This document shows, in pieces, positions 62,219 to 64,000 of a stretch of DNA of 64,000 nucleotides. The notes under the pieces were generated by a model. It did no database searches. It saw nothing but the letters and a program-made list of their open reading frames with translations, and was not told the origin of the DNA. The translations under genes and the position numbers were made by a program. The DNA lies in NCBI GenBank assembly GCA_963707215.1, contig CAVPPB010000001.1, forward strand, positions 848,780 through 912,779, given 5' to 3'. Numbering within the stretch: the first letter of the stretch is position 1; the number at the start of each line of letters is the position of its first letter. This DNA is from an uncultured Chloroflexia bacterium (GTDB lineage: Bacteria > Chloroflexota > Limnocylindria > Limnocylindrales > CSP1-4).

Positions 62219-62969
62219 GTGGTCCCCGAGTGCGCAGGGTCGACATCCCCGATCGTCGGGTGACTGCGGCGTCTCTTTCCGACGCCGTCGACGACGAGAC
62301 GCAAGCCGTGGTCGTCGTCTGGTCGACTATTGCAGCGGCTATCGAGCCGACCTCGACGAGTTGCGCGAACTCGCCGATGACGCCCTTCTGGTGGTCGACG
62401 CCATCCAAGGTCTCGGTGCCGTGGGCCAAGGCCTGGCGCCGGCCGATGTGATGGTTGGGGGCGGCGTCAAGTGGATGCGGGCGGGGTCGGGGCGGCGCGG
62501 CATGCTGCCGTGTCGCCCACGGGCGCTCGACCGTCTCGAGCCAACGCTCACCGGCTGGTTTGGGGTCGAGGACTTCCTCGACTTGGCCATCCCCGTTCCC
62601 CACGACCGCCGGAAGACGCCGAGCGAATGCGATCGGGGTCGCCGAGTATCTACGGCGCCGTGGCCTATGCGGCGGCGATCGATGCCATCGAGGTCGCCGG
62701 GATCACGGCGATCGAGGCTGTCGTCAAGACATTGGTTCTTGCCGTCGAGGAGACGGTGAGCCGGGTGGGGGCCGAAGTGCTCGCTCCGTGGCGCTCCGAG
62801 ACGGAACGGGCGGGTGTGCTTCCGAATGCCGGATGAGGATCCCACCGAGACGGCATCGCGTCTGGGGGAGGCCGGTCTCACGGTCTCCGAGCGGGAAGGC
62901 TGGGTCCGGCTCTCGCCCCACGCCACCACCGACCCTGCCGTGGTCGAGGTGCTCGAAGGCTTGCTCTAG
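62219..62969 (+). CDS. Aminotransferase class V (PLP), C-terminal fragment with frameshifts
   Basis: VDY.SGYRADL, LLVVDAIQGLG, GVKWMRAG, GWFG, WVRLSPH; lacks N-terminus. Confidence 0.78.
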
Positions 62970-63580
62970 CGGGGGGCCTTCGGTACTGCGGTGCCCTGAA
63001 TGAGGCCGCCACGGTCCGATTGCCACAACGTTGAGATTTCCCAGCCGGCGTCGGCGATGATCTGAGCCGTGTCTTGGTTGGGGCGGCAGCCGCCGGCCAC
63101 CTTCCCCCACAGGCCGGAGATCCGGTCCTCGAAGTGCGCCACCCGTTGCGAATGGGTAGCCCTGACATGCTCGAGGAAGTGCAGCTCGCCGTCGGGCGTC
63201 GCCACCCGCAAGGCTTCGACCAAGGCTCGGTCTGGATCGGGAATCGTGCACAGCGAGAGTCCGACGACGATGGTGGCGAACGTGTTGGCGGGAAACGGCA
63301 GATCGTGGGCATCGGCCGCGATGAGGTGGACATCGACGATGGCCTCGCGCGCCCGTTTGTCGGCGCGTCTGAGCATGGCGAGGTCGTGATCGACGGCGAC
63401 GACCGAGTCGGCGCGTTCGTAGTGGGGGAGATTGAGGCCGGTGCCGACCCCGAGTTCGAGCACAGCACCGGCGGCCCTTCGGCACAGGTGCTTGCGCTGG
63501 CGGCGAATGCCCATGCGGTCGCTGGGCATCATCACGATGTCGTACATCCGGGCGAAGAGCGGATGGTGCGGGCTACTCAT
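62966..63580 (-). CDS. Class I SAM-dependent methyltransferase
   Basis: VLELGVGTGLN, DAHDLPF, LCTIPDP, LHFLEH, AGGCRPN. Confidence 0.9.
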   Translation of the reverse strand: MSSPHHPLFARMYDIVMMPSDRMGIRRQRKHLCRRAAGAVLELGVGTGLNLPHYERADSVVAVDHDLAMLRRADKRAREAIVDVHLIAADAHDLPFPANTFATIVVGLSLCTIPDPDRALVEALRVATPDGELHFLEHVRATHSQRVAHFEDRISGLWGKVAGGCRPNQDTAQIIADAGWEISTLWQSDRGGLIQGTAVPKAPR

Positions 63581-63652
63581 GGCGGCACCAGCGTAGTTGG
63601 CGCCGGCGGGCGTCTCCGCAGAACCAGCCGGTCGGAGCGCTATCTTCGGCGC

Positions 63653-64000
63653 ATGACCGATGCCCCAAGCGACCGCGCCACCGTCCGCCGACTGCCCGAG
63701 CGTGCCGTGTACGACCGAGACGTCGTGAACGCAATCCTCGATGAGGCGCTCATTTGCCAGGTCAGCTTCATCGCCGACGGCGCTGCGGTGGTGATTCCGA
63801 CGATCCACGCCCGAGTTGGTGACGTCCTCTACTTCCACGGTTCACCGGCAAGCCGCATGCTGCGCGCCATGAAGCGAGGTCTCGAGGTGAGCGTCAATGC
63901 AACGATTGTCGACGGTCTGGTTGTTGCCCGAGCCGCCTTCCACAACTCGCTGAACTACCGGTCGGTCGTCCTCTTCGGTACGGCTCGTGTGGTCGACGAC
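63653..64000 (+). CDS. Pyridoxamine 5'-phosphate oxidase family (NimA-like), partial
   Basis: Manual translation: VRRLPERAVYD...ILDEALICQV..VIPT...LYFHGSPASRML...DGLVVARAAFHNSLNYRSVV. Confidence 0.9.
   Translation, partial: MTDAPSDRATVRRLPERAVYDRDVVNAILDEALICQVSFIADGAAVVIPTIHARVGDVLYFHGSPASRMLRAMKRGLEVSVNATIVDGLVVARAAFHNSLNYRSVVLFGTARVVDD

Overview
The window appears to join at least three unrelated sequences, with apparent junctions at ~37660 and ~62218 that each cut a gene. Segment 1 (1-~37660, very high GC; probably a monoderm such as Chloroflexota or Actinomycetota, by inference) starts with an MttB-family methyltransferase and a polyamine-type ABC operon. It then carries a ~22.7 kb, all plus-strand multiheme cytochrome locus (7493-30153) with about 40 heme-binding motifs. 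In order, the locus encodes Rieske + cytochrome b + membrane-anchored decaheme cytochrome, a NarX/NarL-type two-component system, a second Rieske, TPR and NHL proteins, two tandem secreted hexaheme cytochromes, a stalked octaheme protein, a complete System II maturation set (ccdA, resB, ccsA/resC, resA-like), an extended ImcH-like decaheme cytochrome and a PCYCGC lipoprotein. The two hexahemes match the motif order of Geobacter nanowire OmcS. This looks like a self-contained quinol-to-nanowire extracellular electron transfer system with no outer-membrane porin, and it is the main finding. Segment 2 (~37660-62218, probably a diderm) holds mostly ordinary genes: hydrolases, a beta-barrel, glgP-pfkA-fbaA, VapC, ychF and a kinase-cyclase. 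Segment 3 holds an aminotransferase fragment, a methyltransferase and a PNPOx-family gene. Scattered single-base indels suggest long-read errors. All family calls come from motif recognition, not database searches.
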